Shown here: piece after piece, positions 51,833 through 63,730 of the stretch | How the letters are laid out: each line of letters opens with the position of its first letter | Position numbering within the stretch: position 1 is the first letter of the stretch | Notes under the pieces: generated by a model | Seen by the model: the letters and a program-made list of their open reading frames with translations, nothing else | Database searches by the model: none | Told to the model about the DNA's origin: nothing | Source of the DNA: Leucoraja erinacea | Taxonomy: Eukaryota | Assembly: GCF_028641065.1 (NCBI RefSeq) | Contig: NC_073416.1 | Coordinates: 372,001-436,000, forward strand | Direction of reading: 5' to 3' | DNA: 64,000 nt | Position numbers and translations under genes: made by a program

Positions 51833-53321
51833 ACGAAATGTGTGAAGGTAAGGAGGGGGGAAGGTCGATGTTTCAAGTCAGTGCTGCTTTGTCCTGCTGA
51901 GTCCTTTCAGCAGCTTATTTTTGCTCAATCCCTGGGGATTGTCTAAGAAAAGGAAGTTGATTCACAAGGTAACGACATGCCAACTCTCATCATGGAGTCA
52001 CAGCCAAGTCAAGTCCCACGGCAACTCACTGAACAAAAAGGAACTGAGATGAAAACAGTTGACACATCCCTCAAAAAGCTGACGGCTCATTTCAGATTTG
52101 CCAGATACTAGAGATACTGCAATCTTGAGCACAAAACAAACTGATGGAGGAACTTGAAGACAGGCTCAAAGTGCTGGAGTAACTCAGAGGGACAGGCAGC
52201 GTTTCTGGAGAGAAGGAATAGGTGACGTTTCAGGTCGAGACCCGTTTTCAACGAAGTCTGAAGAAGGGTCTCGACCCGAAACGTCACCCATTCCCTTCTC
52301 TCCAGAGACGCTGCCTGTCCCGCTGAGTTACTCCAGCACTTCGAGCCTATCTTCAATTTAAACCAGCATCTGCAGTTCCTTCCTGCACATGATGGAGGAA
52401 CTCAATGAGGCAGGCAGGGAAATGGGCAGATGATGTTTCAAGTCGGGACCCTTCCTCAGACTGATGTAGCAAGAGGGGAGATTGACTGGTGGACCGAGGT
52501 GAGGGGAAGGGGTGGGGCAAGTGAATTGGGAATGCAGGTAAGCAGGGTGGTGATAGTAACCAATGCTGGAGGGTGATCAGTGGCGCAGCTGATAGAACTG
52601 CCTCCGCCTCACAGCGCCAGAGAAACTCGGGTTCCATCCTGTCCTCGGGTGCTGTCTGTGTGGAGTTTGCACGTTCTCCCTGTGACTGGTGCTCCAGTTT
52701 CCTCCCACATCCCAGGTCTGTGGGTTAACTGGCCTTCTGTAAACCTGCCCCTCATGTGTAAGGGGGGTGGGGGGGTGCAAAAATGGGTACCTAGTGTGAA
52801 TGGGTGATGGTCAACATGGACTCGGTGGGCCGAAGGGCCTGCTTCCATGCTGTACCTCTAAACTAAACTCAAATGAAGGTAGAGAAGACAAAATAGTAGT
52901 GGTGGTGGAATGATGAGAAAGAAAGATTGGGGAGGGGGGGGGAGAGAAATGTAGAACCAGTTGGAGGGATGGTGGGAAGATGGGAATGAGGTGGGGGCGT
53001 GAGAAAGAGAAGTGCGGGCAATTTTCCCAGAGTAGGGAGTTTATTCATAAAATATACAAACAAAAACGATGCAAAATTCTTGCTATATTCTTGGTGTTCA
53101 CACATTCAATCGTGCTGGGGTTTGACCCAGTATTGTTTGCACCTCTCTTTCTCTTCACACAGCAAAATTGCAGGCGCCTTTTCAAGTCGGGACCTTTTAT
53201 TAGACTGATAGGTAGGAGGGGAATCAGAGGTAGTTGTGGGGCAAAGTCTGGCAAGTGATAGGTGGAAGGTAAACAAAAATGCTGGAGAAACTCAGCGGGT
53301 GCAGCAGCATCTATGTGGAGC

Positions 53322-53800
53322 GAAGGAAATAGGCCGAAACCCAGAAGGAAATAGGCAACGTTTCGGGCCGAAACCCGGAAGGAAATAGGCAACGTTTCGG
53401 GCCGAAACCCGGAAGGAAATAGGCAACGTTTCGGGCCGAAACCCTGAAGGAAATAGGCAACGTTTCGGCCCAAAACCCTGAAGGAAATAGGCAACGTTTC
53501 GGGCCAAACCCTGAAGGAAATAGGCAACGTTTCGGGCCGAAACCCTGAAGGAAATAGGCAATGTTTCGGGACGAAACCCAAAAGGAAATAGGCAACGTTT
53601 CGGGCCGAAACCCTGAAGGAAATAGGCAACGTTTCGGGCCGAAACCCGGAAGGAAATAGGCAACGTTTCGGGCCGAAACCCGGAAGGAAATAGGCAACGT
53701 TTCGGGCCGAAACCCTGAAGGAAATAGGCAACGTTTCGGGCCAAAACCCTGAAGGAAATAGGCAAGGGTTTCGGCCCAAAACGTTACCTATTTCCTTCGC
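53322..53800. repeat. 34-bp tandem array (about 12 full units) inside a pseudo-LTR
   Basis: Same unit as at 38382. It produces the periodic FRVSARNVAYFLQGFGPKRCLFPSG ORFs. Confidence 0.92.
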
Positions 53801-54237
53801 TCCACATAGATGCTGCTGCACCCGCTGAGTTTCTCCAGCATTTTTGTCTACCTTCGATTTTCCAGCATCTGCAGTTCCTTCTTAAACACGAGTGAATAGT
53901 GGATACAGGGGAGTGGGAGAAGGTTGTGGCAGATGGGGAAAGATAATGACAAAGGCTAGAGGTGAAAAGGAGACAAAAAAAATTGTCAGGTAGAGACGGA
54001 GGGGAAAGTCGTGAAGTTTGAAGCTGGAGGGAGTGATGTGTGGGGGAGGGGTGGAGGAGAACGGGGTGATACGAGAGAAACGGGGCCTCAGACATGGTCG
54101 TATGGTGGGGGAAAGGAGGAGGGTGACGGGCGCGGTGGGAGAAATGTGTGTGTGCGCGGGTGGGAAGAAGCATTGTGTGCAAAAAGGAACTGCAGATGCT
54201 GGAAAATCGAAGGTACACAAAAAAAACATTGGAAGCA

Positions 54238-55020
54238 CTGTTCCCGATGTTGGGGAAGTCCAGGACAAGGGGTCGCAGCTTAAGGATAAGGGGGAAATCC
54301 TTTAAAACCGAGATGAGAAGAACATTTTTCACACAGAGAGTGGTGAATCTGTGGAACTCTCTGCCACAGAGGGTAGTTGAGGCCACACAGTTCATAGGCT
54401 ATATTTAAGAGGGAGTTAGATGTGGCCCTTGTGGCTAGGGGGATAGAAACATAGAATCATAGAAATTAGGTGCAGGAGTAGAGGCCATTCGGCCCTTCGA
54501 GCCTGCACCGCCATTCAATATGATCATGGCTGATCATCCAACTCAGTATCCCGTACCTGCCTTCTCTCCATACCCCCTGATCCCCTTAGCCACAAGGATG
54601 GAGGGTTGGGTGTGTATGCATGCTTTGTTCGTGATATTTATTTAGTTGTTTATCTTTATTATTTTACCGTGTATGTATCGTTAGCTTTTAGAAATGTTTG
54701 AATGCTGCACTGACTGGCTGACATTTTAAATTTTGTTGTACATGGTCCATGTTACAATGACAATAAAGAAACTATTCTATTCTACTATTCTCTGTGTGTA
54801 AAAAGTTCTTCTCATCTCGGTTTTAAAGGATTTCCCCCTCATCCTTAAGCTGTGACCCCTTGTCCTGGACTTCCCCAACATCGGGATCAGGGGGTATGGA
54901 GAGAAGGCAGGTACAGGATACTGAGTTGGATGATCAGCCATGATCATATTGAATGGCGAATGGTGCAGGCTCGAAGGGCCGAATGGCCTCTACTCCTGCA
55001 CCTATTGTCTATGTTTCTAT
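54238..55020. mobile_element. Cluster of rearranged and inverted CR1 3' fragments
   Basis: Alternating plus and minus pieces of the same CR1 tail, with an intervening AT-rich LINE tail. Confidence 0.75.
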
Positions 55021-55543
55021 GTAAGCATTACTTGAAGTTGAAATTGGAGAATTGAGTGTGTTGGGCTGTAGGTTAACAAAGGGTGTGCTTGTTTAAAACA
55101 CGACGTGCTGGTAACTCACAGCAGCTTTGAAACCCTCAGCATCGGGGTCTGTTGAACTTGGATGGAATATGGATGAGGTGGACAATGGGGAGGGAGAGAG
55201 AAGCGAATCATTCACCCAGTCAATCGCCGACAAGCGTTTGAAGTCAGCTGTTACAATTTTGTTTTTGGGAAGGAAATAAAACAAGCAGCGAATTAAACCA
55301 TCGTTCTCAAAAAAAAATAAAGTGAGCTTTTATTGCAAAGAGACGAAGCAATTTGTGTGTGTGGGGGGAGGGGGAGGGGGGGGCTTGTGAGTTTCCACAT
55401 GTTTGTGTGAGTATCCCTTCTGAAGTAAGTCAGCCAGGAGGATGTCTGTGGTGTGTTTCTGCAGGGGCTGGGATGTTGACTTTGTGTGTGTGTGTGTATG
55501 TGTGGAAGCCTCCTTCCCCTTTAAGTAGAAATCGCAGTGGCCT

Positions 55544-55657
55544 TGACGTCAGATCAGCGGACTGGGGAGAAAGAGGTGTTTGCGAGTTCTCTGCCAGACA
55601 GACAGTCAGACAGTCTTTCTTTCTGGAGCAAAGTCCTTGTGATTGTTAAGCTTTGAG
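55544..55657 (+). promoter_or_regulatory. Candidate CD63 promoter CRE and non-coding first exon
   Basis: Full CRE TGACGTCA at 55544-55551, then unique sequence ending GAG|gtaggg at 55657, about 460 bp upstream of the coding-exon acceptor. Confidence 0.4.
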
Positions 55658-56152
55658 GTAGGGATACAGACTTTCTCTCGGCAGCCCCCCCCCCCCAAAA
55701 AAGCAACAATATAGATAATTGTTGTAGATAGATATCTGCACGGTTATAGATAGATATCTGCACCCGCTGAGTTTCTCCAGCATTTTTGTGTACCTTCAAA
55801 AGCTTCCAGCATCTGCACAGTTCCTTCTTGAACAAGATCGATGTTGGAAATCTACTGCGAATTGTATTCGACTTGAATCATTTTGCCTTTTGCATTTTGC
55901 TTGTGTGCGTTGTGTTTTGGGCTCTGCCCGGTGGGGGAACGAGACGCCAAATCCCTGCCAGATTGTAGGGAATTGTGTCGAGAGGGGGGGATATGTTTTT
56001 CAGCCACGTCTTTAAGCTGTGTGTGGTGTTGGCATTTTCTAGACATTTTCCCCTCCCCAGACCTTTCAACTACCCAAGCTTGTGTTTCTAATGCGTGAAT
56101 GTTTTTTTGTTTCTCACCAGATTATCGTCCCGAGTGAAACAAACAAACCAAA

Positions 56153-56218
56153 ATGACTCTGGAAGGAGGAATGAAATGCGTCAAGTACTTAATGTTCGTT
56201 TTTAACTTCTTGTTTTGG
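56153..56218 (+). CDS. CD63: Tetraspanin CD63 first coding exon (exon starts at 56121)
   Basis: ttctcacCAG| acceptor, ATG at 56153, MTLEGGMKCVKYLMFVFNFLFW, TGG|gtgagt donor. EGGMKCVK N-terminus and a 66-nt coding part are typical of CD63. No later exons found in the window. Confidence 0.85.
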
Positions 56219-56267
56219 GTGAGTTTATATTTAAAAAATTCCCCTGTGCTAATTCCCCTTTTAACAG

Positions 56268-56505
56268 AGGGAACTGTGCAGATGCTGGAAAATCGAAGGT
56301 ACACAAAAAAAGCTGGAGGAACTCAGCGGGTGCAGCAGCATCTATGGAGTGAAGGAAATAGGCAACGTTTCAGGCTGAAACCTGAAGGAAATAGACAACG
56401 TTTCGGGCCGAAACCCGAAGGGTTTCGTCCCGAAACGTTGCCTATTTCCTTCGCTCCATAGATGCTGCTGCACCCGCTGAGTTCCTCCAGCTTTTTTTGT
56501 GTACG
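56268..56505. mobile_element. Penelope-derived palindromic insertion with 15-bp TSD in the CD63 intron
   Basis: TTCCCCTTTTAACAG at 56253-56267 and 56506-56520. Confidence 0.82.
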
Positions 56506-57181
56506 TTCCCCTTTTAACAGTGTCTCGTTTTGGTGATGAAACACAACTTACTTTGGCAAAACTTTTTTTAAGAATGTTTTGAAATAACATCTAGCAGTGT
56601 GTTCAGAATGGGGCCGGGTTAAATGTAGCCCTTTAAAATTTTCTAGGCTTTTTGTAACGCAGATTTGCTTTTCTACACTTGGCATTCGCCGACATTAAAT
56701 CGCTTTTTCCTTCTCGCCTTTCTGTTTTATTTAAAAAAAAAACCCAAAAAAACAACTCCAAAGCAAATGCTCTTTATTTTTGCCAAGGAAAGTAAAAGTG
56801 GACAATTTGATGGGGAATTCAGAAATAGCTGATTGAGTTCTGCATTCTACATTTGGCTGGGTGTACAGCGCTTGTACATTGCTTTTCGTGAAAGGGGGGG
56901 AGAATTGTTTTGAGGGGGGAGGGTTATGTGAGAAGAAGGATTTTCTTTTACAAACGGCAGGGTGTTGAGGACTTATTCAAAAATCGTACAATGATCATTT
57001 ATCCTGTGTCTCGTCTGACCAGGCATGTCCCTTCCACTTGTAACTGCGACAACCTACTGTTTCCTAATGGGCAAACTCGAGGCGAGGATGGGGTGGGGGT
57101 GGGATGGAATGGGGCTGATTGGAGGGGGTTGAGGGGTCGGGGTTAACTCCTGAACGTGTGACAAGGAATCGCCTCTGCCTG

Positions 57182-57219
<38 letters not shown>

Positions 57220-60200
57220 CTAAATAGGGTGGGCGGGTCACAGATTTCTATCATTTAATGTGCTACGTTTATACACACACACACTATTGGTTTTAATGCT
57301 GCTCTCTGAGCCTTGTCTCTGTGCAATAATGTCTGAATCCTTAACGAAATATTCAGTTCCCCTAAAGTGGGAGTGGAGTGAGTGGTGTGGGGTGGTGGGT
57401 TTAGTGACTGTGACTTCAACATTTCATCAGCTGTAGTGGATGTAGCGGTTTTAGCAGTGTGCTGTTTGTTCCAGGATTGTCATCCAGGGACTGTGATTCC
57501 CCTTTTCTTGAGTGATTCAGAACCATGTGGCTGAGATCGTCATGAACTATAAGTTACACATGAGGCATGATGCTTGTAACGAGTTGGTTTGTGTTGTAAT
57601 CATTGCAGTCGAACCAACTAATCGTAGACCTCTACAGCATGATTGCCTTGCCCTTTGGCCCAATTCGTCCACGCTGACCAGCTTTTACAAGCGAGCTAAT
57701 TCCATTTGCCTGAGTTTGGCCCATATCCTTTCTGATCCACGTACCTGTCCAAATGTCATTGAAGCATCACCACTGTAGCTGGCTATACAGCGCCCTGTGG
57801 CAGCTCAGTCCATACAACACCCTCTGTGTGAAGAAATTGCCTTGCGTCTCATATTGTTCTTCTCACCTTAACCAATGCCCTCTATTCTGGACTTCTCTAT
57901 GCTTGTAAAATCATTCATCTTATCTCTGCCGTGATTACGTATACCCTTCAGCTCCCAGCCTCTCCTTCATAACTCAAGCCCTCGAGTCCTGGTGACTCTG
58001 TTCTGCGCCCTTCCAACCTAATGATATCCTTACTATAGTGGGGTGATTCGAACTGCATGCAATAAATATAGACGCCTGGTATGCCTTCTACAGCCAGTCA
58101 AACACACATGTCCCTATTGTCTCTCTGATTTCTTTGAAGTGTTGCCACCTGTTTTGGAAGGGTACCCTTGCTAAAAATACTCGCTATCTTTCCGCTTACC
58201 CTTTTCTGTCCTAATGTTCGTTATGTTCTATGGATTGCTCACCCCTGAGCAATCCCGATGGCTCCTGTTCAGGATGCAGACCTGGTGATGTGTATAATGC
58301 GTGTGTTTGCTTAAGGTAGTTCAACACTCTGCTGGGCTGATCCAGGTTTGCACTTTCTGCAAAAAGCATTGCATGGAGGTAGAACCTCGTGCACAGTTCA
58401 ACTGGTGTGAAACCACTTCTTCACACCTACAGTTTCAAGAGGCAGGCAATCTGCCAACAGCCTGGTATAAGCATGAAGTGCAGACGGGGGTGATTAGTGT
58501 TTTTTAATGTAAACTGATGTTGAGGCACTATTGGCGTAGTGGAGATATATGTGTGTGTGTGGGGGGGGGATAGAAATACAAGGCTACAGTTTCCTGTAGC
58601 TTTATTTTGGGTAATGCAACTAACTTTGGTGATTTCTATCTTTTTTTCTCGCTGGATGGGAAAGGGTTGTGTGAAAGACTAATGCGTCTGAGCATTATTC
58701 CTTCCCAAGAACATTGGCACACGGCTATAACCTTGGGCCAGAAGGTTATAAGCAGTTGTACACCACCTAGATTTCCATTTTCCCTGTGGAAACCACAGTC
58801 ATTTGAGGTCTGGCCCTCCCTCCCCCCCCCCCCCCCCCCCCCCCCCTCCTTTTTCCATAAGGCAGAGAAGTGGAGTTGGTAGGGTGAAAGCATCGGGCAA
58901 CTGGGTTGGCCACGCTTTCTTGTCAAGATCTTCCTGCGCATTATGAAATAATTGAAGAGCAGCCAGTTTCATAGTTGCTCTACTCCCTCTGTTTCCCCCA
59001 GGCGACAATCCTTAAATTGGCAACTTCTGGTTATTTTGCAACCTCCTGTTAATTCCACCCCGCCCAATAAATGAGACTTTATTCCTCTTTTTCTCTCTTC
59101 CCCCCCCGCGCAAAAAACTAATTGCAAGCCTCAAAGAAAATGTTGCCTGGGTGACCCGAAGCAGTGCCCAAGAGATTAGTCTCCATGGAGGCCTGGTAAT
59201 CTTGGAACATTGCAAAAACGTGTTATTGAGTTTGTTTAACTACTGACCTGTCTCCATTACGTAATGGGACACTAGTTTAGTTAAACTCCGCTCACCTGTG
59301 GCAAACAACGTTTTGCCCTCCCGAGTTGGCAGGACATCTCAGTTTTCAAATCTCTTAACACTATAACTAATTATGCTTTGCGTTAAATACTCAAAGTCAC
59401 TCTAACTGGTGGTGTAGCAGCAGTAATAAAACTTACCGACCGGCCGGCTTGCAGCTGTGTTTGCATACACTGGGAGGGGTTTGGCCATGCGGATGCATCA
59501 ATAAACTTGCTGGTTGGCCATCTGCTGTTGACCGAAGTTGTATTGCCCTTTCTGGCCCATTTTTGCTGTGTGTGTATATAGCAGGCAGTTAAGCCGCCCA
59601 GTCCAATGGCCAGCTTGACTACGTTGCTAATGTTGTTCAGGAATTGAAGTTGAAGTAATTAAATCTAATCGAATGCATCTAGTCTGGTGACTGAAACGTG
59701 TCTTGCCCAATTGGGCATCTGAGCCAGAACCAAGTAACGTGGTTGACTTGTCACTGCTCTCTTTAATGCAAGTTCCCATGTTCAGGGGCAATTGGGGGTG
59801 GGGTGGCTGACACAGCTGGTAGAGTTGCTGCCTCACAGTGCCAGGGTTCGATCCTGACCTCTGGTGCGAAATGTGTGGAGTTTGCATGTTCTCCCCGAGG
59901 CCACATGGGTTTCCTCCCACGTTCCAAAGACGCGCAGGTTTGTAGGTTAATTGGCCCCCTGTAAATTGCCCCCTAGTGTGTAGAGAGTGGATGAGAAAAT
60001 GGGATCACTTAGAACTAGTGTGACCGGATGATCGATGGCCAGTGTGGACATGGTGGGCCGAAGGGCCTGTTTCCCTGCTGTATCTCTAAACTAAAAGTGG
60101 CCTGTGTGTAAATAGCCTGATTAAATCTCATTTATCATACTTCTGTGGAAACTCGTTTACTACGAGGGTGTCGACAACACTTTCGGAGTGCGTGAGCTGT

Positions 60201-60235
60201 TGTCTGGAGGACATGGAAGGTGTTCCGTTAAAATT

Positions 60236-60266
<31 letters not shown>

Positions 60267-60721
60267 CTTTCATGTTAGAATTTGTTTTAGTTGGAACAGA
60301 ACACAGCTTTATCAGCGCAGTTTACTATTACTGGAGATGTGTAAGCAACCTGCCAGGCAGGAACTAGAGGCCTAACAACATCTTGTTGCAAGGCTGACAA
60401 GTAGTCTTCGTGTTGGCTCGGGGAGTTTCCGTTTGAACTTCACAGGGCAGAGGGGGAGGGGGTAAAACCCAAATAATCATTAACTTTGTCTTTCCGGAGT
60501 TAGATTGCAATCATTGCACTCAGTTTGTGATTATAACACTCCTCACAGCAAAAAATATAATTTATAGCCTTGTAATGTTCTAGCCCAAGTGTTTACATGA
60601 AGGCAGGGTGGCACAGTGGTAGAGTTGCTGTATTACATGTACCTTCTCCCCGTCACCATGTGGGTTTTCTCCGAGATCTTCAGTTTCCTTCCACACTCCA
60701 AAGACGTGCAGGTTTGTAGGT

Positions 60722-60897
60722 CTTTGGAGTCCCTTTCTTGTCCCCACCCACCCCCACCCCCGATCAGTCTGAAGAAGGGTTTCGGCCCGAAACGTTGCCT
60801 ATTTCCTTCGCTCCATAGATGCTGCTGCACCCGCTGAGTTTCTCCAGCTTTTTTGTGTACCTTCGATTCTCCAGCATCTGCAGTTCCCTCTTAAACA
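60722..60897 (+). mobile_element. Penelope pseudo-LTR inserted in a SINE, 13-bp TSD
   Basis: CAGGTTTGTAGGT at 60709-60721 and 60898-60910. Hammerhead-like core at 60769-60796. Confidence 0.8.
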
Positions 60898-61544
60898 CAG
60901 GTTTGTAGGTTAATTGGCTTGGTAAATGTAAAAATTGTCGTGTGTGAGTGTGTGTGTGGTGTTAGTGTAGGGGATCGCTGGCCGGCACGGACCCGGTGGG
61001 CCGAAGGGCCTGTTTCCGTGCTGTATCTCTAAACTAAACTCAATGATGTTATTGGGGCATGATCCAATTAAGATGCTTGAGGGACTGAATGGCTATGTCT
61101 TCACTATTACACTCCGAGATGATTATCTGCCTGGGCAGAAGGAGACTGTTCTGAACAAATTCTTAGCCTTCCCAGTTATTTTCCACCTCCACAACTGAAG
61201 CCCAGACAGTGTGTCATCAGGTGCTTGCCCCACATGTGGGTGGAGAATTACACTTAACTGCTAGCCTCGCACCTCTTTAGTCGGATGCAACTTGTATAGA
61301 CTGTTCTGCTGCCTCGCCCACACTGAATGTTGCACCATGTGGTGGGACCCGATTCCTGGTATGGGATGGTCATGCTTAGCAACGAGCTGCCGATGCTGGT
61401 TTACACCAAGGATACACACACAATGCTGGGAGTAACAGCGGGACGGGCAGCATCTCTGGAGAAAAGGAATGTGTGATGTTTCTGGCTGGGACCCTTCTTC
61501 AGACTGACGTTTCAGGTCGAGACCCTTCAGCCTGAAGAAGGGAG

Positions 61545-62133
61545 TCATAGTCATGCAGGGTAGAAACAGGCCCAACTTGCCCACACCGGCCAACAATGTC
61601 CCAGCTACACTAGTCTCATTTGCCTGCTCTTAGTCCATATCCCTCCAAACCTGTCCTATCCGTGTACCTGTCTAACTGTTTCTTAGATGATGGGATAGTC
61701 CCAGCCTCAACTACCTCCTCTGGCAGCTTGTTCCATACACCCACCACCCTTTGTTTGAAAAAGTTAACACTCGGATTCCTATTAAATCTTTTCCCCCTTC
61801 ACCTTAAACCTATGTCCTCTGGTCCTCGATTCCCCTACTCTGGGCAAGAGACTCTGTGTGTCTACCCGATCTATTCCTCTCATGATTTTGTACACCTCTA
61901 TAAGATCACCCCTCATCCTCCTGCGCTCCATGGAATAGAGACCCAGCCTGCTCAACCTCTCCCTGTAGCTCACACCCTCTAGTCCTGGCAACATCCTCGT
62001 AAATCTTCTCCGAACCCTTTCAAGCTTGACAATATATTTCCTATAACACGGTGCCCAGAAGTGAACACAATATTCTAAATGCCGTCTCACCAACGTCTTG
62101 TACAACTGCAACATGACCTCCCAACATCTGTAC
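61545..62133 (-). mobile_element. CR1 LINE 3' end
   Basis: ORF 61782-62195(-) LYKTLVRRHLEYCVHFWAP. Confidence 0.88.
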
Positions 62134-63730
62134 TGGGCGCTGCTGTAGTTAACACGTGTGTTAGTACTGAATGATGGCGCAGGTTGAACGGTCAATGATT
62201 GTTGGGGAAGGAGCTGGACTGTGTGCCCTCGTTCCGTTTACCCCTGGGAAAAATTTGCGCTGTGAGATTGATGGAAGGTGTTGAATGAGGGGATGGGAAA
62301 GCTGCCAGTTTCTCCTCCCACGAATGATTTGGGGATGATTTGCCTGCTTATTCACGAGCTGCAAGTCATGGGTGTGGCAAAGCCGCTGGAAGGTGTGGTG
62401 GCCTGGCTTGGAGGGAGGCTGTGTGTGTTTGTGTGAGTGCAATCTTCTCCCCGATCCCAGTCTGTGCTTTTGCAAACCTCTAGGCCGGGTGCAATGCCCC
62501 ATCCACTCTCTCCGTGGCAGGCTGTGAGCTTGCTGGCTTTGTGGCATTGCAAGCAACCGTACCTCATTGGGAAAGGGCCATAACAACATCAGCAAAAGTA
62601 GATATGGAGTTCTTGTGTGTTGTGCAAGAAAGCAGATGTGATATCTGTTGTAAATCTTGTGACGGTATTACAGTAAGCTCTCAAACTGCCAGTTACTTCC
62701 TTTCTGGGATTGGCTTTGAACAGGACTGAAACGGAGTTTTTGTGTATTTTTGAAAGCTGTTTGTGCACATTCCAGCCTTTCTCCAGATGAAACTATTTGA
62801 CGCAAGTAACTGGCTTGGTGACTTGCCCACGCAGTCGGGAAACGTCCAATGAGTCAAAGCCTGGGGGCGGTTTTCCTGAGGCTTTGCTCACTGCCTTGTG
62901 ACTGTTGCAGAACATTTTATTGGCCTGCAGTCTGCTCACCCGTGAAACCGAGAATACCTACCAGTCTTTGAGTGCGAGTTAAGTCGGTGTGTAAAATTCC
63001 TATGCCACTTCAAAGTCTGTGGTATTACAAATTCCTCAGCCATCCATCAAGTAATCTGTCATTAACGCACTCTGTGGGAGATTTGAGCTCTGCTTGTTGA
63101 TTTCTCCTGCACTAATGATTGCATCGAGTAGCTTGCTGGCCACAACGCACAAACTTGGTGAAAGATGCGCTAATAGGTTTATTTTGCCTTTGCTCCAAAG
63201 TGAGTCATGCCGTCAATTTGTTGGGACTGTTTCCATTTCAGGATGTCAATAGCACAAGGAGGTGTACACAATCATATCTGGAGACTCCCCCCCCCCCCCC
63301 CCCCCCCCAAGTGACATGGTCTAACTGCTATGACCAATATCTGCTGTTTCCCCATGTACATATCCTGTTATGCAATGGGTTGAAGCCAATGTTGTACCTT
63401 GGTTGTTGGCTATACAGGTCTTTACCCTAGTCTCTGCGAAGCTATCATTCTCGCTGCTTATTGGGCAGGTTCTTTGTGCTCGTCAGGAGGCTGGGACCTC
63501 CCCAGAGACCAATTGACAATTTGTTTTAAATGGAGCTTGGCTTTACTTGTGGCTCGCTGGTGGTGGTCCTGCCTCGGCAGAAAGAGAGTTGAACCCACAC
63601 TCCAGATTGTCCTCCAGATTGGCCCATAGGTTCTATGTGTTCAGTGACGTGCCCTCAACTTGCAATCTGCTAGGGTTAGAGGAGATCGTCCAGCCCAGAA
63701 ACAGGCACCTTGGCCCAACTCATCCATGTT

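Noticed and set aside
53322-53800. CRISPR-like array of palindromic 34-bp repeats
   Set aside because: Repeats are contiguous with no unique spacers and no cas genes. The context is eukaryotic and the unit derives from the Penelope pseudo-LTR.
53045-53821. 258-aa repetitive ORF (and similar ORFs at 38105-38566)
   Set aside because: A by-product of a stop-free 34-bp tandem repeat that is open in several frames.
55000-56150. TFEB CLEAR element expected for a lysosomal gene
   Set aside because: No GTCACGTGAC-like site was seen upstream of the CD63 exon.
58232-58255. 10-bp-stem hairpin GGATTGCTCA-cccc-TGAGCAATCC
   Set aside because: Too short for a pre-miRNA, with no other support.
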